Shown here: positions 1-9,477 of the stretch, piece by piece
How the letters are laid out: each line of letters opens with the position of its first letter
Position numbering within the stretch: the first letter of the stretch is position 1
From: an uncultured Oligoflexia bacterium
GTDB lineage: Bacteria; Bdellovibrionota; Bacteriovoracia; Bacteriovoracales; Bacteriovoracaceae
Length of the DNA stretch: 39,403 bases
Direction of reading: 5' to 3'
NCBI GenBank assembly: GCA_963922285.1
Contig: CAWUIU010000001.1
Location: 1 to 39,403, forward strand
Translations under genes and position numbers: made by a program
The notes under the pieces: generated by a model
What the model was told of the DNA's origin: nothing
Database searches by the model: none
The model's input: only the letters and a program-made list of their open reading frames with translations

Positions 1-1320
1 ATCTTTTATTATTAATCGACTTGGTACTCCATCATCATGAACTAGAATTGTATTTTGCCCGTGGGCAACTAAGCCAACGCCGTGTACACACTGCAAGTGA
101 TAAAGGGGCAACACTACGACTTCAAAATATTTTGTCATCCATTCTTCTGGACTTAAGCCTGATTTCTTAATTAAACAATTTATAAGAATATCTCGAGAGT
201 TTTCGATCAACAAACCAGCCGTAGGTAAAGCTTTTTCATTAGTAGTAATCTTTGAATCGACACTCTCACGCCAAATACAACCTAACAACTCATGAAAACG
301 ATATGATGCATTTTCTAAAGACTCGAAATAATCATCCCGTACGCGTAAAGCTGAGTACTCTTCTAAACAAGAACACTTTTCATTTAAAAAATCATCTTTT
401 CTCAGTAAATCAACCATAAAATTAGATATCTCATGACCATTCTTTATATATTTACCAGGAATACCTCTCACGCAAGATGTATTAAGAATTGACAGTGAAA
501 CTTTTAAATCATAACCATGTCCCACTATTTGTGAACTTAAAGTACGCAGAGAAGATTGCGCTTGATAAAGCTCTACTCCTTTACCTAGATCTATCATTTC
601 ACCATTTAACAATAACTCTTGAAACTGAATCTTAATATAAGAGTCCCATTGCCAAGGGTGAACAGGAATGAACAAATAATCCCTATCCTTAAGAGATCGA
701 GCTCTTTGAAAAACGCTTTTATCGACAAGAGACATTGGGTCTAAGTCTTTACTCATTCCAGTATCTAAGTATTTTCTTTTAACAGCCAACCAGCGCATCT
801 GAAAATTATTACCTACTTCTGGAGAATATTTATGTATATCATTTTCGGACCATCCAATCCGGCCCTTATTCATTATTAGTTTTGTATGACCTGGTAAAAG
901 ACGATCAACATCCTTAAAAGAAGCTTCTGTCAAAGTCGATAGATCCATCTTTTCAATTTGATCCAAATAGATCATATCTGAAAAGATTGTACGTCTCCCC
1001 TCTTCAATATAGCGACTAAGAGTATCATCATCGATTTCTAGAACATTCTTAAATTCAATAAAAAATGATTCAAAACGAAGAGGTAAGCGTCCATTTGTAA
1101 TATTTTCTTTTACGAGGCTTTCTCTATTGATCTTCAAATTGCCCCATGATCCTTCACTTGCGATAAACGAATACGTTATAGAATCTGAGGGCCTGAGGAC
1201 ATAAGTGCTATTTTCAAGGACAGGACATAACGCCTCCTCAAAAATCAATTCCTCAATTGATTTACAGATGAGGTCACGTGAAACTTTATTATACTTTGCT
1301 AAACTAGATTCCACGATCAT
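1..1320 (-). CDS. iucC: IucC-type NRPS-independent siderophore synthetase, 3'-partial (runs off left edge; absent from ORF track)
   Basis: Manual translation from ATG at 1320: MIVESSLAKYNKVSRDLICKSIEELIFEE...LLPGHTKLIMNKGRIGW...YSPEVGNNFQMRWLAVKR...FIPVHPWQW...AQSSLRTL...LSILNTSCVRGIPGKYI...LGCIWRES...GVGLVAHGQN...RLIIKD. These motifs are collinear with aerobactin synthetase IucC. The start overlaps the upstream gene by 17 nt. Confidence 0.92.
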   Translation of the reverse strand, partial: MIVESSLAKYNKVSRDLICKSIEELIFEEALCPVLENSTYVLRPSDSITYSFIASEGSWGNLKINRESLVKENITNGRLPLRFESFFIEFKNVLEIDDDTLSRYIEEGRRTIFSDMIYLDQIEKMDLSTLTEASFKDVDRLLPGHTKLIMNKGRIGWSENDIHKYSPEVGNNFQMRWLAVKRKYLDTGMSKDLDPMSLVDKSVFQRARSLKDRDYLFIPVHPWQWDSYIKIQFQELLLNGEMIDLGKGVELYQAQSSLRTLSSQIVGHGYDLKVSLSILNTSCVRGIPGKYIKNGHEISNFMVDLLRKDDFLNEKCSCLEEYSALRVRDDYFESLENASYRFHELLGCIWRESVDSKITTNEKALPTAGLLIENSRDILINCLIKKSGLSPEEWMTKYFEVVVLPLYHLQCVHGVGLVAHGQNTILVHDDGVPSRLIIKD

Positions 1321-3520
1321 ATTCCCAATAAAAACGACCTCTCTCACATTCTAATAGCGAAGCTCTCTTGTGGGGAAAATCAAAGTCTCTTATATGTCTC
1401 CAGCCAGGGATTTTCTCTGAAACTTTCAACATTTTCTTGTTTGTCGCTTTAGGCTCTCCCCAAATACGTTTTGTTCTACGGTCACTTTCAAATATATATT
1501 TGCATACGACAAGTATTGCATCATAGACAAATCTTGTCCTTAGCACATCTTTCTCCCCAAATAATAAGTGAAGTCCTCGATCATAAGTATCGGGATTACA
1601 ATAAGGTGCTATCCGATCCTCATTTGCCCAATAGAGTTCGAAATAACCGACCGGTCGATCATCGAGTTCAACAACCAAAGGTGTTTGGAAAGGACTATTT
1701 TGTACTTTCTGAATGTATTGAAGAAGCTCTTCTTTGGTTTTATCCATTTCCCAGAACTCTGAAACAAAGTCCTGATTATGCCATTTATGGAAGATATCAA
1801 TATCAGACTCTGTAAGGAGCCTTAATTTTACGTCTCTTCCATCAGTAAGAGTTGCCAGATAAACTGTATTTTTTAAACTTTCAATTTCTCTCAACTTCTT
1901 AAGAGGGTTTTCAATTTCATTATATAATTCCCATGGATTGGATATTGTGTTCTCATTATAATTTTTTAAAGAACATTTCATATTAGCTTTTTGAAATAAT
2001 GTTTCCGAATTTAGTAGATATTTGACAAAAGAGGAGCTTTTATACTTTTGTGAGGCAAGAAAGGTTCGTAAATCATAAAGTAATTGTTCTTCAACCTCTG
2101 AATCTCTATTTGCGATTGCACTAATTGTTCCAAAAACTGTATTTACAATTAAATAATAGCCAAACACCTTATTTACATCTTCTTCTGATAGGATATTACC
2201 TCTCTGACCTTCCAAGAAAGGATACTTTTTCAAATATTGCTCAAAAGATTTTTTTGTATATCCTGTTCCCTGACAATCTCTAAAAATACTTCCAACAGGT
2301 CGACCTTCATCAAGCTCAACAATTATATTTTGCATGTGAGCTCCAAGTAATATTCCATATCCATGGGCAAGATCAAGATAAGGACAAATTACATTTTGTA
2401 AAAAATTATTAAACCATACCTTTTGCGAAAGTCGATGGTTCTCACTATCTCTTTCGATTATTTCAGAAAGATGTGTTTTCCCTGTATCAACTCTTTGTTC
2501 ACAAAGTGTACTCAGCAAGTATTTATTAGTCTTTCTTTTCGTTTCAGAAAAGTTTTCACGAAATTGAATTACACTCTCATCATAAATATCACCATCACTA
2601 TTCTTTAGAGCGACAGAAAATGGTTCATTAAGCAATTGTAATCTCGAGTCTGATTTAATGATCTCTTCATTCTTAAGAAGTAAATATAAATGTCGTCCTC
2701 GGAGTGTTTCATTACTCTTAAGATGTCTTATGGAATTTGTGAGTCTAATATCCATAGAATATTTCATTTGAAAAGGTGATACACTATTAAACACTGACCT
2801 CATCGAACTAAGAGAGCTATAGAGAAGTTTTCCCTTCCCTAAAATTTCAAATTGAGGTGGAAGGATATCTTTTTCAAGTAGTCTTTCTAATTGCCATGGG
2901 TGATAAGGAAGTAAAACCTCGTCTTCGCTAATCGCTACACCAGGAAGATCCTTTTCAATAAGAAAAGCTATTTCTTTTTTTAAGTTATAAGAATCAAGAG
3001 AACTAATTAAATCTTTTGCCTTTACTCTGATCCAAGTTAATCTAAACTCACCTTTAAACTCAGGAGAGAAACAAGTTAAATCGTTTTCCTTCATCCCCTC
3101 TTTGCACTTTGGGTAAGGATGAAAAGGATGGCCAAAGAATAGCTTTTTTTCTGATTCTAAATAACTTGAGACACTGTCATCAATATTAAATTTTAAAATA
3201 TTAGCAATATTATTTCTGCTGTCGATTACACGCTTACAAAAAACATCGACGTTTGGTGAAGCTGAAAAATTTCTAGCAACAATTCGAACGAATTCTTGAA
3301 AGGATATGTCGTCACTATTTAATTGAATTTTACTTTCATATGAATGTGCACCTAAACTCGACTTTTTTTCAAAAGGTATAGATACTTCACCTTCAGAAAG
3401 TAATAGTTTTAACTTATCATCAACAATAACTCTATTATCAGTGTTAAAGTCTCTAATTAATGAGTTTACAAAACTTCTAAGACTAAACTTATTCGCTACT
3501 TCTAAATACTGCTTTTCCAT
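1304..3520 (-). CDS. iucA: IucA/RhbC-type siderophore synthetase fused to a C-terminal IucB/AlcB-type N-acyltransferase domain
   Basis: NIS motifs GHPFHPYPK, PYHPWQ, SSMRSV, RLTNSIR, AHMQN, RDCQG. The C-terminal ~190 aa has HKWHNQDFVSEFW, GYFELYW, DRGLHLLFGE, EP, DFPHKRASL. Start moved to ATG 3520 (MEKQYL) because the ORF-track extension overlaps the upstream gene and a hairpin. Confidence 0.88.
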   Translation of the reverse strand: MEKQYLEVANKFSLRSFVNSLIRDFNTDNRVIVDDKLKLLLSEGEVSIPFEKKSSLGAHSYESKIQLNSDDISFQEFVRIVARNFSASPNVDVFCKRVIDSRNNIANILKFNIDDSVSSYLESEKKLFFGHPFHPYPKCKEGMKENDLTCFSPEFKGEFRLTWIRVKAKDLISSLDSYNLKKEIAFLIEKDLPGVAISEDEVLLPYHPWQLERLLEKDILPPQFEILGKGKLLYSSLSSMRSVFNSVSPFQMKYSMDIRLTNSIRHLKSNETLRGRHLYLLLKNEEIIKSDSRLQLLNEPFSVALKNSDGDIYDESVIQFRENFSETKRKTNKYLLSTLCEQRVDTGKTHLSEIIERDSENHRLSQKVWFNNFLQNVICPYLDLAHGYGILLGAHMQNIIVELDEGRPVGSIFRDCQGTGYTKKSFEQYLKKYPFLEGQRGNILSEEDVNKVFGYYLIVNTVFGTISAIANRDSEVEEQLLYDLRTFLASQKYKSSSFVKYLLNSETLFQKANMKCSLKNYNENTISNPWELYNEIENPLKKLREIESLKNTVYLATLTDGRDVKLRLLTESDIDIFHKWHNQDFVSEFWEMDKTKEELLQYIQKVQNSPFQTPLVVELDDRPVGYFELYWANEDRIAPYCNPDTYDRGLHLLFGEKDVLRTRFVYDAILVVCKYIFESDRRTKRIWGEPKATNKKMLKVSEKIPGWRHIRDFDFPHKRASLLECERGRFYWEYDRGI

Positions 3521-3527
3521 TAAAATA

Positions 3528-3568
3528 CCACAAAGAAGAAGGGAAGCGATGTCGAGTTGCTTCCCTTC
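3528..3568 (-). terminator. Intrinsic terminator-like hairpin between the secreted-protein gene and iucA
   Basis: Minus strand GAAGGGAAGCAA-CTCGACA-TCGCTTCCCTTC followed by TTCTTTG. Confidence 0.55.
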
Positions 3569-3581
3569 AAATAGAAAGAGA

Positions 3582-4103
3582 CTATCTTCTGCCGAGAAAA
3601 CGTGAAACAGTGAAATCAAGACCTACATGACTTGAACCTTCACCACAAGTTACTTCAGCAGAATTAGCTGGGAACATGATTGTGACATGATGAGGATGAC
3701 CCCAGTAAAGATATTCATTATCTGCTAATTGTGTATCAAGAATTTCTTTACCTTCAGAACAGTCAACATCATTTTGAATTGCGTAGGCTTTTGACTTCAC
3801 AAGCTTTATCGTTGATGCACTATTATCTGCAAATAGGATTGCGCTGTAGCGACAAGTTGAATTATCTACTTTAAAGCTAGCTAATAACAATCCATTGTCA
3901 AGAGACTTATCCGTCCTTAAGACTTCAAATTGAACATCAAAATCTTGATGTGACAGAGGTGCATCAGCTTGATCTGAAAATGCTCCACACTTGTAACCTG
4001 TATGCTTCGCCTCCCATCTTTCTCCCTCAAGAGTTAAGTCAGAAGCTGCTAAAGTACCTAGTGTGAATAAAGTTAATAATCCTGCAAAAACTGTATTTTT
4101 CAT
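3582..4103 (-). CDS. Secreted hypothetical protein with four Cys and a WGHPHH motif
   Basis: AGGAG RBS before ATG 4103 (MKNTVFAGLLTLFTLGTLAA, signal-peptide-like). No family recognised. Confidence 0.75.
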   Translation of the reverse strand: MKNTVFAGLLTLFTLGTLAASDLTLEGERWEAKHTGYKCGAFSDQADAPLSHQDFDVQFEVLRTDKSLDNGLLLASFKVDNSTCRYSAILFADNSASTIKLVKSKAYAIQNDVDCSEGKEILDTQLADNEYLYWGHPHHVTIMFPANSAEVTCGEGSSHVGLDFTVSRFLGRR

Positions 4104-4115
4104 AAATTCTCCTTT

Positions 4116-4161
4116 TGAATGATGATAAGGAGAAGTTATTTTCATTTGTTTGATATGTCAA
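4116..4161 (-). promoter_or_regulatory. Sigma70-type promoter overlapped by a Fur-box-like sequence
   Basis: Minus strand TTGACA (4161-4156), 17-nt spacer, TAACTT (4138-4133). The overlapping AATGAAAATAACTTCTCCTTATCATCATT loosely resembles GATAATGATAATCATTATC arrays and lies upstream of siderophore genes. Confidence 0.5.
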
Positions 4162-4180
4162 ACTAAAATAAATTAAATCA

Positions 4181-4213
4181 AATTTAAATAGGCAAGGCAT
4201 GACACCCTGCCTA
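4181..4213 (-). terminator. Probable terminator of the DJ-1/PfpI gene
   Basis: Inverted repeat TAGGCA(AGG)...(CCC)TGCCTA followed by a T-rich tract on the minus strand. Confidence 0.45.
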
Positions 4214-4222
4214 GGCAGTTTA

Positions 4223-4843
4223 TCATTTCAGAGCTTGGATAACCATTTTTGCAAATAATTTTGATGACTTAGGATCTCTCCCCGTTATCAATCGTCCATC
4301 GACAACCACATAAGGCCTAGTAGGGTCCCCTTCAGAATACAGAACTTGACCAATTTTAATTAGAATACCTTTAACTCTTTTATAACCGGTTACTTTTCTA
4401 TTTTTCGCAATCGGTAGGCCATTACCGCCCAAGTTATTCGCAACAGCAAGTAATCCAGTAGAGGAACACAATAGCGCTACAACTTTATTTTGTATCATTG
4501 CTTCAAATAAAATCTTATGAGCTGTTTCATTTGGAAAAAAATCCTCCCAGGCACCATTTCCACCGACAAACACTACAGCATCAAAGTCATCGATATCAAC
4601 CTCGCTAAAAGTCAAATCACTTTTCACATGTGGATACTCATTTTGCTGTCTTTGATCTGGCCGTGCCCCACTTTTGTACTTTGTGGCAACTATCACGTCC
4701 ATCCCCTCACTTTTAAATTTAGTAAATGGTATCTTAAACTCGGGTCCATAGAATCCATCAGGAACCATCATAAGCACTTTACTTTGAGCTTTAGTCAAAT
4801 TCCCCATTACCATCATTAAAAAACTTAGAATTAAAACTTTCAT
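4223..4843 (-). CDS. DJ-1/PfpI family protein with a probable signal peptide
   Basis: KVLMMVPDGFYGPE (catalytic Glu), FDAVVFVGGNG, nucleophile elbow ALLCSS, VVVDGRLITGRDP. Hydrophobic N-terminus ends in TKA. Confidence 0.88.
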   Translation of the reverse strand: MKVLILSFLMMVMGNLTKAQSKVLMMVPDGFYGPEFKIPFTKFKSEGMDVIVATKYKSGARPDQRQQNEYPHVKSDLTFSEVDIDDFDAVVFVGGNGAWEDFFPNETAHKILFEAMIQNKVVALLCSSTGLLAVANNLGGNGLPIAKNRKVTGYKRVKGILIKIGQVLYSEGDPTRPYVVVDGRLITGRDPKSSKLFAKMVIQALK

Positions 4844-4939
4844 AAATACCTCCGTAGATTGATAGGCAATAAATACTATGAAACCAAGTATTAAAAAAAT
4901 TTAAGTTTACTATATCTGGTATAATATTTATAAATAGCT

Positions 4940-5809
4940 ATGGATTTAAACAAAATTAAATACTTCCACGCAGTTGCTAATACGCTTAATATATCTAAAG
5001 CCAGTAAACTAGTTCACTTATCTCAACCTGCATTAAGTATTCAAATTCAAAATCTTGAACATGAACTTGATCTCAAATTATTTTCACGTACAAATAGAGG
5101 CTTGGCCTTAACTGAAGAAGGAAAAAAATTACTTATTTCTGCCAATGAACTTATTCGCTGGCAACAAACAACATTAGAAAATATAAATGAACTAAAGAAC
5201 ATTTCCGGATGCATTAAAATCGGATCATATACTACTGCAAGCTCTTATCTACTTCCTTCTCTCATCGCTCCATTTTTAAAAAAGCATCCTGAAGTAAAAA
5301 TTTCATATGATTATTCTGACACTGATATTATAATTGAAAAGATAAAAAACCTTGAACTTGATTGTGCTATAATTTCAGAAGCTCCAAAGACGACGGGTTT
5401 GAGTATAAAACAATTCTTTTCGAGTGAACTCATTTTAGTCGCCGCAAAAAAAAGAAAGATTCCAAAAAAATTATCAGCAAAAGATATCGAAGACTACCCC
5501 TTTCTCTCCTATCCTCTCAGACGAGACTATTGCTATCGTATGGTTGAGAAAAAAGTAGGGAAGCATTTAGCAAAAACAAATGTAGCGATAGAATCGACTA
5601 GCTTTGATACACTAAAACACTCACTTCTAGAAGACATTGGGATTACCTTTATGCCTCGCTATTTAATAGAAAAAGAGTTAAATTCAGGGTTGATAAAAGA
5701 AATACAGTTAAAGGGATTAAAACTTCCAATTGAATTTTCGATAGTTACTAAAAAAGATAAAAAAATTTCAAATAGAGTTAAAATGCTTATCGATTATATA
5801 ATCAAATAA
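4940..5809 (+). CDS. LysR-family transcriptional regulator
   Basis: N-terminal wHTH ISKASKLVHLSQPALSIQIQNLEHELDLKLFSRTNR; 289 aa; divergent from the DJ-1 gene. Confidence 0.95.
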   Translation: MDLNKIKYFHAVANTLNISKASKLVHLSQPALSIQIQNLEHELDLKLFSRTNRGLALTEEGKKLLISANELIRWQQTTLENINELKNISGCIKIGSYTTASSYLLPSLIAPFLKKHPEVKISYDYSDTDIIIEKIKNLELDCAIISEAPKTTGLSIKQFFSSELILVAAKKRKIPKKLSAKDIEDYPFLSYPLRRDYCYRMVEKKVGKHLAKTNVAIESTSFDTLKHSLLEDIGITFMPRYLIEKELNSGLIKEIQLKGLKLPIEFSIVTKKDKKISNRVKMLIDYIIK

Positions 5810-5834
5810 AAAAAGGGCGCAATGCTCCCCTTTC
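5808..5834. terminator. Possible bidirectional terminator between convergent genes
   Basis: A-run, imperfect stem AAAGGGCGCA/TGCTCCCCTTT, T-rich flank. Confidence 0.4.
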
Positions 5835-5858
5835 AAATCTTTTTTTAACACAGTGAAT

Positions 5859-6590
5859 TTAAATTGGTTCAGCGACAATTAATAAATTGTTTAAACTATA
5901 ATTATCAAAGTCAGTAATTGGAATTCCTTTTACTTTTATTTTTTGGCCTTCCTTAAAGGAATTGTAATCATAGAACATTATTGTAACATCAGAATTAAAA
6001 ACTTTTGCTTTATAAGAACAAGCATCTCCCAAGAAGTATGGATCATGCTCTCCACAATCAGCTTCATTCATGATAGTAACTTCATATTCTACCGCAATAT
6101 CATAATCAATTGAAAGATTTAATCTTGTCCAAGCGTTACCATCATATGTATTTATATGGTTTTCACGATTAACCGTATTACATTCATAGAATCCGTACTC
6201 ATGTGGTCCATCACTTATATACTCTGTGAATAACTTATAACCGTTGTCATCTTCAACAAGAGTAATCGTATTATCAAAATATTCAATACCATAACTAAAT
6301 TGCCAATTGTCATTTCCATTTTGGGAAATATCAACTCCATAGTAAGTTTGAAGAACAGGGTCCACATGTCCCCCCTGATCATGAAAAGAATTATGGTGAT
6401 TTAAATTAACGTATTCAATACTTAATTCACCACTTGCAGAACTTTTTTCCATAAACATTAAGTCAATTCTCTTAGCGACTGTATACCCTTCATTTTTTGC
6501 AGAACAAGATAATACGACCTCTGTGTAAGTATCAAAACTTGCATATACACTACTTACGAGAATCAAGAATGATGCCATTAATTTTTTCAT
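5859..6590 (-). CDS. Secreted acidic hypothetical protein
   Basis: GGAG RBS before ATG 6590; MKKLMASFLILVSSVYA signal peptide; four Cys; no family recognised. Confidence 0.7.
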   Translation of the reverse strand: MKKLMASFLILVSSVYASFDTYTEVVLSCSAKNEGYTVAKRIDLMFMEKSSASGELSIEYVNLNHHNSFHDQGGHVDPVLQTYYGVDISQNGNDNWQFSYGIEYFDNTITLVEDDNGYKLFTEYISDGPHEYGFYECNTVNRENHINTYDGNAWTRLNLSIDYDIAVEYEVTIMNEADCGEHDPYFLGDACSYKAKVFNSDVTIMFYDYNSFKEGQKIKVKGIPITDFDNYSLNNLLIVAEPI

Positions 6591-6714
6591 AAAAGTCTCC
6601 ATTTCATTTCAATTTGGAAACTTATACATAAAAAGAGAGAAAGAACCAATAATTAGTGAGTATTTTACCCGCACAATAATTATATGCTTCCTATCATAAT
6701 ATTAGATCTTTTCC

Positions 6715-8043
6715 TTAAAGCGTAAAAGTAAAGTCTTTTACCAGCATACCAGGGACTTTAGACCCACCGATATGTCTAATATCATATGTATCGTTTGACA
6801 TATGTGTATCTGAAAAGTTCGTAACCTCTTGCAGACCATCACCAAAGATATGATAGAGTGTTTCATCAAATCTTAAGTCTTTAATAGGTCCAACAATTTC
6901 ACCATTCTCAACCCATAAGCAACCAAATCTCGTCATACCAGTAATTCTTCCATTTTGGCGATCACTCCAGTTTAGATAATGAAGGTCACTAATATAAAGA
7001 CCAGTCCCTATTGACTTTAAAATATCATCTCTTTTTAAATTTCCCTCAGATATGAATGGAGAACGTGGAGATTCACTTGATGATGCCTTATTGGAGCTTA
7101 AACCAAACTCTTTTTCTGTTTCTGCACTTACAAGAAGTGAATCCATTTTACCATTTGTGATAAGAGGAAGAACTTCTTCACTAACTTCACCGTTATCGTT
7201 AAATTTCGGACATAATCCCAAAGAGAAATCCTCTTTTAAGCTAAATTTTGGCGAAAACGTTTCCTTTCCTTCATATAACTTTGCAAGAGGACAGTTACCT
7301 GTCTTATATGAAGATCCAGATAAAGCACCCCAGCTCATAGTTCCAAGTATTTCATTTACAGCCGATGGAGCTAGATAAACATTATACTTCCCAGGGGAGA
7401 CAACTTTATTCTCTTTCTCAAGTAACTTTAGAGCCTGAACAGATTCATTAATTTTCTCTTCAAACTCACGACGATCAAAATGATTTCCTGAATATGATCC
7501 CTTCACTGCTTTTTCTTTTTCTGTATAAAGACTATAATCAAAATTAAATGTCGAACTTTCAAACCAATGATTTTGCCCTAAAGAATTAGCATTTCCTCTT
7601 AAGACAAGTCCAGTAGTTAAGTAACCAGCAAGATCAATATTTGCGAGATGACTTCCTAGAAGGTCAATGAACTCAGATTCACTAGGTAGACTTCCCTGAT
7701 TAACGACTCGACTTGTTCCTGCATTCTTAATATCTGTAATGAGAGGACTATCATGAAGAACTTCAATCTCATTCTGAAGCTGACTTAAGTACATGCTAAC
7801 GTTAGAGATATTTTCGTCGTTATCAAGACTTAAAGATAGAGAAATTTCAGACTTCTTACTTCCTTTTTGTATCTCCATTGAAAACAGGCCCTGCTCAACG
7901 TGAGTAATCTGTCTTATCCTTGATTTATTAAGACGAATAAAAGTTGTATCTTCTCCAGAAAAGTTCGTTGTTAACGTCTCCCCTTCTTTCAAGTTATCAA
8001 AGCAGTACTTATTTACATTCTTATAGATCGTTTCCCAATTCAT
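6715..8043 (-). CDS. tldE: TldE/PmbA family protein
   Basis: PGKYNVYLAPSAV, GTGLYISDLHYLNWSD, TGMTRFG; no HExxxH; translationally coupled to tldD (shared base 8043). Confidence 0.88.
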   Translation of the reverse strand: MNWETIYKNVNKYCFDNLKEGETLTTNFSGEDTTFIRLNKSRIRQITHVEQGLFSMEIQKGSKKSEISLSLSLDNDENISNVSMYLSQLQNEIEVLHDSPLITDIKNAGTSRVVNQGSLPSESEFIDLLGSHLANIDLAGYLTTGLVLRGNANSLGQNHWFESSTFNFDYSLYTEKEKAVKGSYSGNHFDRREFEEKINESVQALKLLEKENKVVSPGKYNVYLAPSAVNEILGTMSWGALSGSSYKTGNCPLAKLYEGKETFSPKFSLKEDFSLGLCPKFNDNGEVSEEVLPLITNGKMDSLLVSAETEKEFGLSSNKASSSESPRSPFISEGNLKRDDILKSIGTGLYISDLHYLNWSDRQNGRITGMTRFGCLWVENGEIVGPIKDLRFDETLYHIFGDGLQEVTNFSDTHMSNDTYDIRHIGGSKVPGMLVKDFTFTL

Positions 8044-9467
8044 TACATTCCTCCAAAGACTTCGATGTCATTAAACTTACAAGTTGGAATTGCATGTCCA
8101 ACTCGAATGACTTGATTAGGCTCTCCTTTTCCACAATAAGGGGATCCCCAGACTTCAAAAGTATCTTTGTTACCCACATGAGACAAATTATTCCAAAAAG
8201 AAACCGTTTGCCCACGATAATTAGGGTTTTTAACAACGCCCTTAAGCTCGCCATCTTCAATGAGTCGCCCGTACTGACACCCAAATTGAAATTTATTTCG
8301 ATAATCATCAATAGACCATGAGTTATTAGTCTCCATGAGAATTCCTCTTTCCGTTGATGAAATCATATCTTCCATCGTAGAACTTCCAGGCTCGATATTA
8401 ATATTTCCCATTCGATCAATTGGAGCACGATTCCATGAAGTCGCTCTTGCTGTACTAACACCAGGAACTCCTGATCTCTTTTGCGACTCAATCCCGCCAA
8501 TACCTCTTTTTAGGATTCCGTCCTGAATAAGGTATTCTTTCTTAGCCTCAACTCCATTATCGTCGTAAGCAAAGCTGGCCATCTCTCCAGCAAATGTTGG
8601 ATCGTAAGTAACATTCAATATATCTGAACCATACCTAAGGGAACCAAAATCTTCAGCAGAGATAAAACTCCATCCAGCATAGTTTCTCTCATCACCTAAA
8701 ATTCGATCGAGTTCCAAAGGATGGCCAATCGATTCGTGCACCTGAAGATAGAGTTGATCTGGTGTAAGAATTAAATCTCTCTTATCGCTTGGACATTCAG
8801 GAGCATTTAATAATTCACTCAATTGAGATAGAATCCTTTGATTTTGATTTCGATAATCATTACGGTTTATAAATTCGGCCCCAACCTGTAGAGGATGTGC
8901 CCCGATTCCTCTTCGTTGAATGATGTCACCTTTTTGACCAGTAGCTGATGCATCATAAGTAACAAAATTAAACTGTTGCTGCCAATCAGATCCATTACTA
9001 CTGATGTAATTGATATCAGTCTCAGTCAGCATCGCCCAAGCACTAGACTCAAAAACATAATCAGCTTTTGAAAGTTCAGTTGTCGTCGCTATTAAAAACT
9101 CTTGAATCTCTCTTGGTCCTAATTGTGATATGCCACTTTCAAACTGAGATTTATAGCTACCTTGATTAGCCGGACGAATACGATCATCAAAAGGATATAT
9201 ATTATATTTTTTAGCAGAAGTAGCTAAGTCTCTTGCTCTCTCAAATGCTTTTGAGACTCCTGCTGGACTAAAGTCACTCGTACCAGCATATCCAAGCATT
9301 CCATCAATCATCACTTCGACCATAAGACCATGGTCAATACTTGTGCTATTGCGATCAAGTTTAGCATTTCTCGAAGAACGAAATTGAGTCTTTTCACGAT
9401 ACTCTCTTATTCCCCACCAGTCTCCTGATGTTTTAGCATTTTTTACAATACTCTTTAAATCTTTCAT
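8043..9467 (-). CDS. tldD: TldD family metalloprotease
   Basis: HESIGHPLELDR (HExxxH), PIDRMGN, SWSIDDYRNKFQFG, CGKGEP metal-ligand Cys. Confidence 0.93.
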   Translation of the reverse strand: MKDLKSIVKNAKTSGDWWGIREYREKTQFRSSRNAKLDRNSTSIDHGLMVEVMIDGMLGYAGTSDFSPAGVSKAFERARDLATSAKKYNIYPFDDRIRPANQGSYKSQFESGISQLGPREIQEFLIATTTELSKADYVFESSAWAMLTETDINYISSNGSDWQQQFNFVTYDASATGQKGDIIQRRGIGAHPLQVGAEFINRNDYRNQNQRILSQLSELLNAPECPSDKRDLILTPDQLYLQVHESIGHPLELDRILGDERNYAGWSFISAEDFGSLRYGSDILNVTYDPTFAGEMASFAYDDNGVEAKKEYLIQDGILKRGIGGIESQKRSGVPGVSTARATSWNRAPIDRMGNINIEPGSSTMEDMISSTERGILMETNNSWSIDDYRNKFQFGCQYGRLIEDGELKGVVKNPNYRGQTVSFWNNLSHVGNKDTFEVWGSPYCGKGEPNQVIRVGHAIPTCKFNDIEVFGGM

Positions 9468-9477
9468 TTATACCTCT

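Noticed and set aside
3521-3619. N-terminal 33-aa extension of IucA in the ORF track
   Set aside because: It overlaps the upstream gene and a terminator-like hairpin; ATG 3520 is more plausible.
6715-9467. tldD/tldE as part of a RiPP biosynthetic cluster
   Set aside because: No YcaO, radical SAM enzyme, precursor peptide or exporter nearby.
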